DNA of 64,000 bases from Eledone cirrhosa (Eukaryota): positions 19,530,001 to 19,594,000 of the forward strand of contig OZ024761.1 in assembly GCA_964016885.1 (NCBI GenBank), in the 5' to 3' direction. Below are positions 13,229-25,126 of the stretch, piece after piece; within the stretch, counting starts at the first letter, position 1, and every line of letters begins with the position of its first letter. Both the position numbers and the translations under genes were made by a program. The notes beneath the pieces were generated by a model. That model worked only from the letters and a program-made list of their open reading frames with translations, was not told where the DNA came from and searched no databases.

Positions 13229-13741
13229 CACATATATACTCATGCACACACACACACACGTACAGATGATATTTATGCATAGATACAGACACACAAATAC
13301 ATACAGATGACACATAAATGCACACACATACAAGTGCAATCACTTGTATGCGCTTATAAGCGGCTGTTTTGCTGTCTGTGACACATACTGATAATTCATA
13401 TATATTTTTACAGATGACCGAGCCTGATTATGTCACACACACACACACAGTTATTTCACGTATATTTTTACAAGTGGCTGTCATTCTTTCACACACACAC
13501 ACACATACACACAGATAATTCACATATATCCTCACAGGTGATTCTGTCTTTTACACACACACACATGTATTCCATATATATATTAACAGGTGACTGTCAT
13601 TCTTTCACACACACACATACACACGAGTATTTCATATTGACCTGTCTAGCATACACACACACTTTCAGGTGAGGTTATCTCTTACACACACACACACATA
13701 TATATCATATCATATATATAAATACCATATATATTGTGTGC

Positions 13742-14075
13742 GTTTGGGGTGTGGTAACCACTGTTAAAAAAGGTACTCAATACATTAGTAGAGTTTAGAC
13801 ATCTTTATTATACATATAGAAATTACTTCTACAGGACTAGGACTGTTTCGTTTGTTTGAAATCAATATATATATATATATATATAGATGAGATTCTACAG
13901 GACTAGAACTGTTTCATTCTTGAGAAATCATAAGGAATCTGATGATTTCTCAAGAATGAAACAGTTCTAGTCCTGTAGAATCTCATCTATATTAAATATT
14001 TATACTCTGCTATGTATTGAGTACCTTACTTACTTACTGTGGTTACCTCCGATTCAACCCGCAATAATTTACCTT
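13742..14075. mobile_element. Family A hammerhead-bearing element ends: a minus partial copy, and a fold-back copy with its 3' tail
   Basis: Near-perfect inverted arms 13883-13992; CTGATGA at 13939 and GTA at 13975-13977; tail actctgctatgtattgagtac...ccgattcaaccc ending in (TA)n. Confidence 0.7.
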
Positions 14076-14100
14076 ATATATATATATATTATATATATAT

Positions 14101-14141
<41 letters not shown>

Positions 14142-14204
14142 TATATATATATATATGTAGATAAATTTTCAATATAAGGAACCTGTTATTTGTTTTTATT
14201 AATT

Positions 14205-14247
<43 letters not shown>

Positions 14248-14250
<3 letters not shown>

Positions 14251-14298
14251 TTCTACAGGACTAGAACTGTTTCATTCGGGAGAAATCATCAGGAGGCC
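14248..14298 (-). ncRNA. Type I hammerhead ribozyme motif (complete fold)
   Basis: Minus strand: ggcctc CUGAUGA u UUC uccc GAA u GAA ACAG uucuaguc CUGU A|gaagcc. Stem I 5/6 bp, stem II 3 bp plus U.U, stem III 4 bp, GUA cleavage triplet. Confidence 0.7.
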
Positions 14299-14430
14299 CT
14301 GATGATTTCCTCCGAATGAAACAGTTCTAATCCTGTAGAAGCCATTTCTATATTTAAATATTTATACTCTGCTATGTATTGAGTACCTTACTTACTGTGG
14401 TTACCCCCGATTGAACCCGGGATAAACTTA
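14299..14430 (+). mobile_element. Family A element, + arm of the fold-back plus 3' tail
   Basis: CTGATGA tttcctccgaat GAAACAG...CTGTA gaagcc, then the same tail as 13990-14075, ending in (TA)n. Confidence 0.7.
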
Positions 14431-15184
14431 TATATATATAAAGAAATTAATTTTCAAATATAAAAATTGGAAAGGTGTTTGTGTGCAGGTGACTCACAAA
14501 GACTGTCACTTTCTCCTTTACATATATACATGAACGCTGGTGACTCATTTGTACGCTAAATCGTCTCTATCCCTCTTTCTGTCACATACACAAGGTATTC
14601 CTCAAATGAATGCTCAGATCTCTCCCCACCCCTTGCTTTCCCTCAGTCTGTTTGTCTGTCTCTCCCTCTCACATAAGTGATTCCTCAAATGCACGCTCAG
14701 ATCTCTTCCTTTCACTCACACACACACACTCACACACAATAGCTGGACCTGTGTGACAAGAGTGACCTCCCTTTAAATTGCTAATACAAGCCAACAGGTA
14801 TATTATTGTGTATGTAGCTGAGACCCTTTTTTTTCTTTATCAACTTTGAAAGGGTTAAAGGCAAAGTTGACCTCGGCGGGATTTGAACACTGAACACAGA
14901 GAATCGGAACGAATACCACCAAGCAATCTACCCACGGTTCTAACAACTGTGCCACCTTACCATCTATATTGAACCACATGGTATGGTCTTGTAACCCCCG
15001 AGGAAGATGCCCCTTCCCCCGGCCAACGGGGCCCTGTATAAGCACAATGGTAAATCCAACACTAACAGCAACAACAACACCAAATAAACAGTACACAAGG
15101 GCAGTGGAAGCATTTCTGAATTGAGTGGGGCATGGGGGGGGGGGGGGAAATTTGGTCAATTTAGTAGTCGTGATTAGTTATATA

Positions 15185-15660
15185 TATTTAAGTATTCACT
15201 ATTGTATAAAAAAGAAATATAATAATACAATGCTTACAGAACGAAAGCACAAACAAATATAATATAAAAGAAAGGGAAAGAGAAAACAAAACAAACAAAG
15301 AAAAAAAAGGAATGAAAAAACACAAGCGGTTAGCACATACATCTGGGACCACATGCAACAAAAGGCAGGCCAAAGGGGTGAACAAACGAGCCGCTACCAG
15401 GGTAAAAGATTGTGAGGACCACTGGGAAACCTCTCTAATAATTTTTGAGGCAAGCCAGCACACTCGCGGCGTTACCTCGGGTGATGGCGAGGCTGAGGTG
15501 CTGGAACAACCAAGCACCCTTACGAGCTTCACCAGTTACCTCTGTTAGGCGAGCCGCCAGTGAAGATAGAAATCTCGCAATCGGTAGCCCAACTCCCCAA
15601 AACATCTCGAACGAACACCACAGGCTGGAAAATGTAGGTGACCGACAGTAGCTGTTATTA
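15185..15660 (-). mobile_element. 3' end of a CRE-like non-LTR retrotransposon (restriction-like endonuclease domain remnant)
   Basis: Translation ...FWGVG..ARFLSSLAARL.EVTGEARKGAWLFQHLSLAITRGNAASVLACL resembles the LFQRLS.A.QRGNAASV C-terminal motif of CRE-clade elements (recalled motif). Confidence 0.7.
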
Positions 15661-15786
15661 TCAAATATCAACCAAGATATAATAAAAAAAACAAAAAACT
15701 TCGATATGCGATAAATATAACATGTACATAAACTGTGGCGTATATACAAACAGATATGTGTTTTTGTAGTTTGGGGTGAAACTCAC

Positions 15787-16050
15787 CTTTAAGACAACTC
15801 TTCTCTCACTGAGGCGATCTCGCAACCTTTTAAAGAATATTCCTCAATATTAAAATATACTCTAGGACTCTATTCCTTCTAAAAAAATTATTTGTTGTTT
15901 CTCTGACTATCGATCTTCTCCATTTATTCAACACTGCTCGATGAAATATTGAATAAAAATTAAATTTAAAAAAAAACTTGTTTTTTTGTTCTCGCTTTTT
16001 GTTTCATCCCCACCCCCTTCATTCTCTCTCGCCTCACACTCTAAATATTT
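15787..16050 (-). other. Possible non-coding 5'UTR exon of the minus-strand gene
   Basis: Strong donor AAG|GTGAGT at 15787/15786 in unique sequence upstream of the 12249 acceptor; an in-frame TAA just before the donor makes it non-coding. The 5' boundary is a guess. Confidence 0.25.
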
Positions 16051-16243
16051 ATTTATAACAAATGTTAGTTTATAAAAAAAAATCTTTCTCCTCCTTGTTT
16101 ACATACACACACATACACATATGTGTATACATTTGTTCGTATGTATATACATATGTATACATATATATGTGTGTGTGTGTGAGTGTATATATGTGTATGT
16201 GTGTATATATATAAACACACATGCATTACATGCATGTGCGTGT

Positions 16244-16279
<36 letters not shown>

Positions 16280-16717
16280 AATACCAGCTGACTTAAGTAA
16301 CTTTGTTCCTTGTTTTGATAACCTGAATAACCGATTGATAATAATAATAACAAGCTACCACTTTACAGTGTATATATAATCTGTATACAATTTGTATATA
16401 ATGTATATATATAATGTAAATATACTAAAGTCCTTCTTTTTCACATTGGTAGTTTTCATTACTAGTGGGACCTGGTCTCTTTCTTTCTTTCTTTCTTTCT
16501 GTCTGTCTGTCTTTCTTTTCTTTTTTTTTCTCTACTTCTCTATTTATTTATTTATTCATTTATTTATTTTGCTGACAATCAATTCATTGTTTACCGAAAA
16601 AGTTTCCTCATATATACTCAATTCCATTACAATGGACATTATATATATATATCTATTATATATATAATGGACATTATATATATATATATATTATATATAT
16701 AATGGACATTATATATA

Positions 16718-16777
<60 letters not shown>

Positions 16778-17062
16778 TTTGATGTATAGAGTTACGGCCC
16801 TTGCTATTCTGAGTTCAAATCCCGCCGAGGTTAACTTTGCCTTTCATCCTTACGGGGTCGATAAAATAAAGTACCAGTAATGCTCTGGTTGATTGCTGGC
16901 CTTGTGCCTAACGTAGAAACAATTATGTATATATATAGGAAAAAGTATGACCCCGACGGCAGAGCTCAAGCTGTTTCGACGGCTATTTCCCACTCTACTA
17001 CCCTAAGTATTGAGTACTCTGATGCGTTATGGTCCATCTGGTTCCTTACCACAATTCCTTTG

Positions 17063-17168
<106 letters not shown>

Positions 17169-17529
17169 ATATTTGAGGAGGGTCATATTGTTATAATATT
17201 GCCAGAAATAATGAAATAAAACGCACTCACTGTTTGGTTTGGATTGGTTTTCGCTTCTGTAGCTTTTATATCTCCATAGTTAATGTATCTGGTAATCAAT
17301 GTTTATCATTGATTGACCAACGGTAAAAATACAGATATAAATATATATATATATAGTCTATCAACGTTCTTTCGTCACATACCTATGACATCACCCTCTA
17401 TAACCCACTACATACCCCACTCTCACACAATTTCCTCTCTCAAACTAGATCACCAAATTCTCTTCCTCTCTCTCTCTATATTCTACTACACACCTCACTC
17501 TCTTTCACTCTCTGGAGGTAGTGTGGTAA

Positions 17530-17700
17530 GGGGAAAGTCGATTAAATCGACACCAATGCATTACTGGTACTTTATTTTATCGACCCCGTAAGGATGAAAG
17601 GCAAAGTTAACCTCGGCGGGATTTGAACTCAGATCGTAAAGGGGCGTAACTATGCTGGAAAGCATGGCGTCCGACCCTCTACCGATACTGCCAATCCACA
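17530..17700 (-). mobile_element. tRNA-derived SINE (family S1) with intact head
   Basis: tggattggcagtatcggtagagggtcggacg...gagttcaaatcccgccgagg; similar copies at 16780-16925, 47000-47180 and 47715-48135. Confidence 0.8.
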
Positions 17701-17732
17701 TATAATTATAGATATAGATAGATAGATAGATA

Positions 17733-18322
17733 TATTTCTTTATTAGCCACAGGGGCACAAAAGAAGGGGACAAATACAAAGGGGGAAGTTTACATACAAT
17801 AAAAACGTGTAAAATGTTATCACAGATGGAATTTAAAAGTTAGTCGATTTTCCCCAATAGAGGGAGACAGTTTATATGGGTAACACAGACCCCCGAAAAA
17901 AATGTGCAACCCTCATCTCCAGGAGTACGAAGAGCTTGTACTCCTTTCCTCTCCTCCTCCTTTTCCTCAACCTACAGGCTGATATAAAGAGAAGGCCCAT
18001 TCACTCGGGCCATTCTCGCCACTTTCACCCACCTTTCATAAAACTTGCTGGGGTACAGCACCTCTCTCTCCATCCTGATTCTTCTTCCAAAGTGGTATTT
18101 GAAAAAAAGAATCAGTTGTTGGCCGGAGAGAAAGGTGTCTGACCTCAGCCCTTTCAACCTTGTCCACCATACAACCTCTTTCGCCATAGCTATCACACAA
18201 AGGAAAACCGCCTCTCCTTCGTTTTTGAAGGAGGGTGGCGGTTTGATCATGACAATGGACTCGGTGGTCAACTGGATTGGTCCCACCCGCGACAATAGTC
18301 GTTCTACATAGCCCCACAGGTC
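17733..18322 (-). mobile_element. 3' fragment of an L1/Tx1-like non-LTR retrotransposon inside (GATA)n
   Basis: Residual ORF ...AVFLCVIAMAKEVVWWTR...FYERWVKVARMARV, 3'UTR ending cccctgtggctaataaagaaa; same 3' end at 26383-26580 (-) and 37232-37370 (+). Clade call from recalled motifs. Confidence 0.6.
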
Positions 18323-18324
18323 AT

Positions 18325-18379
<55 letters not shown>

Positions 18380-18644
18380 CAGAGAAGGAAAATGGAAGAA
18401 AGAGCGAGAGAGAGAGAGAGAGAGAGAGAGCTGAAGGTGTTGTTGAATGAAATTATAAAAGGTGACTTCAAAGAATCGAATACAGTATTACTGTATCTAA
18501 CTCGAATTTAGTGATTGAATATTAAGTCATATGTATCATACAACTTGAGTTAGAACAAGATGTGTATAGCGAATATTTCCTGATAAATAGGAAGGGTTTC
18601 TAAGTTTGTGTGCATATGTGTGTGTATGTATGAGTATATATCGA

Positions 18645-18865
18645 CAGTCGATCGACTTTCGTCAAATCAGACCGAGGAAACAATGTTTCCATTCGTCATT
18701 CCAATTGCTAATACTATCTATCGGTCGCAACTCCAAGCAGAAGGCGAAACGTAAAAAAAAAAGTGTCTTGCTCAAGGACATAACGCATCACCCGGTCCAG
18801 GAATCGAACTGACAACATCCCGATTGCGAACCTAATTCTCTAACCACTCAGTCACGCGCCTTCTT
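18645..18865 (-). mobile_element. tRNA-derived SINE (family S3)
   Basis: Head aggcgcgtgactgagtggttagag...gttcgattcc and tgtccttgagcaagacact core; second copy at 49447-49662. Confidence 0.75.
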
Positions 18866-19268
18866 CTTCTGGGGCAGGTTCGTGGGGACGGGGGGTGAAG
18901 AGTTTTCAGCGAGTCCAGTCAGAAACAACCGTCCCTATTGATCCAACTGGGTCCCCCAGCGAGACCAGCCGAGCAATGCCTGGAGTACCATTAATTCCTT
19001 GGAGGAAATGTGGGGGTGGGGCGGGGATGACTACTACTGCATAACAACCACCACCACCACCACCACCACCACCATCAACAACAACACCACCAACACCAAC
19101 AACAACACCAACACCAACACCACCAACACCACCACCAACACCAACACCAACAACAACAACAACAATAACAACAACAACAACAACAATACAACAGCACGCC
19201 GAACGGTTGTCTTGTCAGGTGCGATTGAAGTGAGTTAATTTCACGGGTATTTGACAGTTGGTCATGTA

Positions 19269-19340
19269 GCCGTGATCGTCTAGTGGTTAGGACCCCACGT
19301 TGTGGCCGTGGTAACCCAGGTTCGAATCCTGGTCACGGCA
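19269..19340 (+). tRNA. tRNA-His (GTG), copy 1
   Basis: 72-nt cloverleaf gccgtgatcgtctagtggttaggaccccacgttGTGgccgtggtaacccaggttcgaatcctggtcacggca with A and B boxes; downstream T-tract. Confidence 0.97.
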
Positions 19341-20129
19341 GACCAACTTTGCTTTTTGTTTTTTTTATTCTTCATTGTTTAACGTCTATTTTCCATGCTA
19401 GGATGTGTGAGACGGGTTGTCTCGTTTGAGACAAGTCGTGTTAGGTGTGACACTGCTTGGTTTGGTTTATACGGCTGGATCCCCTTTCTAACGCCAACCA
19501 ACCTCATTTAGAGTGTAGACTGGGTGCTTTTTGTGGTGACATCTACACGACCACTTTATAATGTGGACTGGGTTCTTTTTGTGGTGACACCAACACTACC
19601 ACTTTTCAGTATGGACTAGGGACTTTGGTAGGGGAGGTGTGTGGGATTTGGGTAGATAGGTATAGGGTGTGTGTGAGGAGCAGAGTGTTACAACATGCAT
19701 GGGGTAGACTGGGTGCTTTTTGTGGTGACATCTACACGATCACTTTACAGTGTGGACTGGGTGCTTCTTATCGTGACACCAAAACTACAACTTTACAGTG
19801 TGGACTGGGTGCTTTTACTCATGACACGCACGCGACCACTTTACAGTGTGGACTGGGTACTTTTTATGGTGACACCTACACAACCACTTTACAATATGGA
19901 CTGGGTTCTTTTTGTCGTGACATCAAAACAATCACTTTATAGTGTGGACTGGGTTCTTTTTGTCATGACACCAACACTACCACTTTACAGTGTGTACTGG
20001 GCTCTTTGGTAGGGAAGATGTGTGGGATTTGGGGTGATAAGTACAGGGGCGTGTGTGAGGAGCAGAGTGTTACGACATGGATGGGGTGGTAGGAAGTGGA
20101 AGTTGTATGGAAGGGGGGGATAGAGGTGA

Positions 20130-20380
20130 AGCTGGTGTATGTATACTTCAGCCTGTAGTACCATCAATTCCTTGGCGAGAAGGAGAAGCTGGTGTATACT
20201 AGATGTATACTTCAGCCTGTAGTACCATCAATTCCTTGGCGAGAAGGAGAAGCTGGTGTATACTAGATGTATACTTCAGCCTGTAGTACCATCAATTCCT
20301 TGGCGAGAAGGAGAAGCTGGTGTATACTAGATGTATACTTCAGCCTGTAGTACCATCAATTCCTTGGCGAGAAGGAGAAG
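20130..20380. repeat. 64-bp tandem repeat, about 4 copies, upstream of tRNA-His copy 2
   Basis: ccatcaattccttggcgagaaggagaagctggtgtatactagatgtatacttcagcctgtagta at 20161, 20225, 20289 and 20353. Confidence 0.9.
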
Positions 20381-20475
20381 GGATAACGACTAATGCCGTA
20401 TAAAGAACAATGGTTGTCTTGTGAGGCCTGTTTGAAGTGAACTATTTTCAAGTCTATTCGGCAGTTGGTTATATA

Positions 20476-20547
20476 GCCGTGATCGTCTAGTGGTTAGGAC
20501 CCCACGTTGTGGCCGTGGTAACCCAGGTTCGAATCCTGGTCACGGCA
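20476..20547 (+). tRNA. tRNA-His (GTG), copy 2
   Basis: Identical to copy 1; TTTT shortly downstream. Confidence 0.97.
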
Positions 20548-20852
20548 GTCCAACATCTCCTTTTGTTCTTATTCTTTTAAAGTTTGCTTTAGTTATGCCA
20601 TGTTCTATGAAACAAGTAGTTGTCCTCCAGTGGGAGTTGTGGGTACGCCATATTGATATGCGCGTTCCTAGGTCATGTTTTACACCTGACGGAACCCAAC
20701 TCCCATCCAGGCTTTCTTCGTCATCTTCTTCGCTCACATGTCCCTGAGAGGTTTGTGAGGACACAGTCCTCAAGCACTCTGTCGATCGGGTAGCTGTCAA
20801 AAGCAACCGTCTCCTATTGATCCGGCTGGACTCTCGATGACTGTATCATCAA

Positions 20853-20890
<38 letters not shown>

Positions 20891-20891
20891 A

Positions 20892-20948
<57 letters not shown>

Positions 20949-21495
20949 TATCATCACCATCATCATCAGCATCGTTTAACGTCTATTTTTCATGCTAGAA
21001 TGGGTTAGACGAGTTGTCGCATTTGAGACAAGTCGGGTCAGATGACCGTGTCTTAGTTCATACAGAACTGTTTCTGGTTTGGTTTCTATGGCTGGATCGC
21101 CTTCCTAACGCCAACCTCATTTACAGTGTGGACTGGGTGCTTTTGTCGTGACACCTACACGACCACTTTATAATGTGAACTGGGTTCTTTTTGTGATGAC
21201 ACCAATACTACCACTTTGCAGTATGGACTGGGGACTTTGGTAGGGGAGGTGTGTTGGATTTGGGTAGATAGGTATAGGGGTGTGTGTGTGAGGAGCAGAG
21301 TGTTACAACATGGATGAGGTGGAAGGGGGATGGCGGTGAAGGTGGTGTATACTAGATGTATACTTCAGCTTGTACCATCAATTCCTTGGCGAGAAGGAGA
21401 GGGATAGCGACTAATGTTTATGATGAACAATGGTTGTCTTGTGAAGCCCGATTGAAGTGAGTTATTTTCAAATCTAGTTGACAGTTGGCTATATA

Positions 21496-21567
21496 GCCGT
21501 GATCGTCTAGTGGTTAGGACCCCACGTTGTGGCCGTGGTAACCCAGGTTCGAATCCTGGTCACGGCA
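21496..21567 (+). tRNA. tRNA-His (GTG), copy 3
   Basis: Identical to copy 1; long T-tract terminator. Confidence 0.97.
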
Positions 21568-21958
21568 CGCCAACTTCGCTTTTTTTTTTAAATTTATTTT
21601 TTTATTTTTGAAGTTCTGTCGTCATGTTCGAGGAAACATGGGATAGTCGTGGGGGCAGAGGTCTCAAACACTCCTTCCAGTAGGTCCTGTCAGAAGCAAC
21701 CGTCTCTAATTAGTCTGGCTGGATCCCCAAGCGAGACCAGCCGAGCTCATGTATGTTATCTATCCATCTTGCTTGGGGTCTACCACTCGGTCTCCTGTAG
21801 TCTAAAACTTTAAAGTCTAAAATTTGTCTCAAACCCAGAGGCCTCAATTCGGCGAAGTAGCTAGCGGCTCTACCTGGAACAACGTTGATTGCTAAGCTAC
21901 ACACTCTATTATTATTGTTCTGAGTTCAAATCCCCCCGAGGTTAACTTTGCCTTTCAT

Positions 21959-22158
21959 NNNNNNNNNNNNNNNNNNNNNNNNNNNNNNNNNNNNNNNNNN
22001 NNNNNNNNNNNNNNNNNNNNNNNNNNNNNNNNNNNNNNNNNNNNNNNNNNNNNNNNNNNNNNNNNNNNNNNNNNNNNNNNNNNNNNNNNNNNNNNNNNNN
22101 NNNNNNNNNNNNNNNNNNNNNNNNNNNNNNNNNNNNNNNNNNNNNNNNNNNNNNNNNN
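21959..22158. other. Assembly gap (200 N)
   Basis: Exactly 200 N, so likely a placeholder scaffold join of unknown true size. Confidence 0.99.
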
Positions 22159-22737
22159 AAAACATTAACAAACGGAGCTAACTACTAAAGATATACACGA
22201 TAATGAAAGTATTCCCCCCAATTCGTTTCTAAGTAATCACAAATAAACCAGAGTTTAAAATAAGAAAAAATCAAAAAAACAATTCATTATATTTTTTTAA
22301 TTTTATGAACATGGCCGCAATTTAAACATTAGAAAAACTATTTCTGTAGATAATTCCATAAAAAAAAAGACATTACTTTATAAAGAACGTAATCACAGTA
22401 TGTGAGAGATATATGTGAGAGATACAAAACTCGAATGTGAAGAGGCAGGCATTATAAACTGTAGTTCACCCTTCTTATATATTTATATATATATATATAT
22501 ATATATATACCTAGTTGTCTTACAATGACTATATTACCATCAATTCCTTGGTAATGGGGTTAGAGAGAGAGAGGGGCGACTTATGCAGTGTGAACAACAA
22601 CAACAACAACAACAGCAACAACAACGACAGCAGAAGCAACAGCTCCTACAACAACGATATATTACACCGAACGGTTTGTCTTGTCAGCTGCGATTGAAGT
22701 TAGCTAATTTCATCGGCTTTCGGCAGTTGATTATATG

Positions 22738-22809
22738 GCCGTGATCGTCTAGTGGTTAGGACCCCACGTTGTGGCCGTGGTAACCCAGGTTCGAATCCTG
22801 GTCACGGCA
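22738..22809 (+). tRNA. tRNA-His (GTG), copy 4
   Basis: Identical to copy 1; T-tract terminator. Confidence 0.97.
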
Positions 22810-23300
22810 TTCCAACTGAAGTTTTTTTTAAAATCTTTTTGTAGCTTTTTTTACGACCTCCAAATTTCAAAACATTTTCGAGAAGCTTGTTTATTTTTTT
22901 TTAAAATCATTTTTCTTGTTATTTTATAGCTTTTACTCATTGGGTTGCGGCCATGCTGGAGCACCACATAACACTAAGTAATATATATACAAGTTATATA
23001 TTTCTAATTATCGAATCAGAAAACTGCACATTTCCAACACTTTTATATATTTATATATGTACTTTTGTATACATATATATGTGTATGTGTGTGTGTGTGT
23101 GTGTGCGTGTGTGTGTGTGCCGTTCCGACAACTAGATCCGATTCGGATCTAGCTGTCGAAACGGCCGGAGCTCAGCCGTCGGGGTCCTGAATCTTTCCAT
23201 ATTACCCACTCTGCTACCCCAAGTGTCGAGTACTCTGGCGGATTATGGTCCACCGGTATTTTACCACACCCTTTCTGATATATATATATATATATGTATG

Positions 23301-23336
<36 letters not shown>

Positions 23337-23586
23337 TACATATATATATACACACATATATATATATTACTTCAAAATATTAATAAATATAGACATTCAT
23401 GTGATCAAATATATTTTATTATACATATATTATATATATTATACAGAGATACTGAGCTATTTCAACAGTACGTCCTCATCAGATAAAATAAGTTGATGGT
23501 TGACATACCTTGACTATGTTGATGGTTATAATTTAGTCATGGCAGTCATTTATATATATATATATTTATATATATATATATATATA

Positions 23587-23629
<43 letters not shown>

Positions 23630-23704
23630 TGTGTGTGGTAAACATATATATATACACGTACAATTTTTGAAATTTAAAAAAAAGAATAAAAAGCAAAGCT
23701 GGCC

Positions 23705-23776
23705 TGCCGTGACCAGGATTCGAACCTGGGTTACCACGGCCACAACGTGGGGTCCTAACCACTAGACGATCACGGC
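23705..23776 (-). tRNA. tRNA-His (GTG), copy 5 (inverted)
   Basis: Exact reverse complement of copy 1; A-tract on the + strand is the terminator. Confidence 0.97.
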
Positions 23777-23843
23777 TACATGACCAACTGTTAAGCAGAT
23801 ATCAAATTAACTCACTTCTATCGCATCTGATAACATACAGACT

Positions 23844-23896
<53 letters not shown>

Positions 23897-24490
23897 ACAC
23901 ACACACACACACATATAGTATAAACAAAGTTTCATACACTTATCATGTATGTGCGACCTTTGATTATGATGATGATGAGGATGATTATATATATTACATA
24001 TATCTGAGAAAATGAGTACTCAATACCAAAGTAGAGTTTAAATACTCACTACGGAAATTGAGTAGAGTTACTTTAGTCTGGAGTTTTAACTGTGGACTTA
24101 TGACATCATCAGATAAGACAGTCTTGTCTGATGATCAGTGAGGACTGTGTTCTCACATGGAGAAAGGATAGGGTCCACCAGGTTTTTAAAATATCCAAGA
24201 CCCACAGCAGCACCCCTTATGTATGTATATATGTACCCCAAGGTGATAGGTATTGAAACAAATGTAATATGAAAATAAAGTTTGTACATATGCTCCAAAA
24301 CTGACTTCAACTCTTTTAAATATATATATATATATATATTGTCACATCACCAGTCTGAGGAGTAGATTGATACTGGAGTCAGGTCCATAACTCCTATGGG
24401 TCACCTTGAGCCAATCTTCTGTGAAACATGTGTAACAGGTCGATACGCAATAAATATTCTTCATATGTAAACAAAACTTCCTCGTTTTTT

Positions 24491-24554
<64 letters not shown>

Positions 24555-24715
24555 TAAAATAACAGATTAAAGTTTAAGCAAAGAATCGCTGCTTTCACCC
24601 TTAACGGGATCTTCTGAAACTAACAAAGTCAATCTGTAAACGGTTCTTATATATTTGATATATATTTATCCTTATCGAGCCCTCTTTGGATTTTAGTCTT
24701 CAAATTTATTATTAT

Positions 24716-24794
<79 letters not shown>

Positions 24795-24800
<6 letters not shown>

Positions 24801-25126
24801 TACAAATATTAATAAAATAGATGTTCTTTTGATCAATTAAATTTTATTATACATGTACCTCTGAAATATGTATAATAAAATTTAATTGATCAAAAGAACA
24901 TAAATTTTAATATACTGTTGTACCTCTGAAATATGTATAATAAAATTTAATTGATCAAAAGAACATAAATTTTAATATACTGTTGTACCTCTGAAATATG
25001 TATAATAAAATTTAATTGATCAAAAGAACATAAATTTTAATATACTGTTGTACTTCTGAAATATGTATAATAAAATTTAATTGATCAAAAGAACATCTAT
25101 TTTATTAATATTTGTATTTTAATATT
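24795..25126. repeat. AT-rich fold-back element with an internal 65-bp tandem repeat (about 4 copies)
   Basis: tgtacctctgaaatatgtataataaaatttaattgatcaaaagaaca at 24854, 24919, 24984 and 25049; left arm 24795-24853 is the inverse of the right end. Confidence 0.85.

Noticed and set aside
22737-22737. Genomic G at position -1 of tRNA-His copy 4
   Set aside because: The other four copies have A; eukaryotic G-1 is normally added by Thg1, and a single base is compatible with chance.
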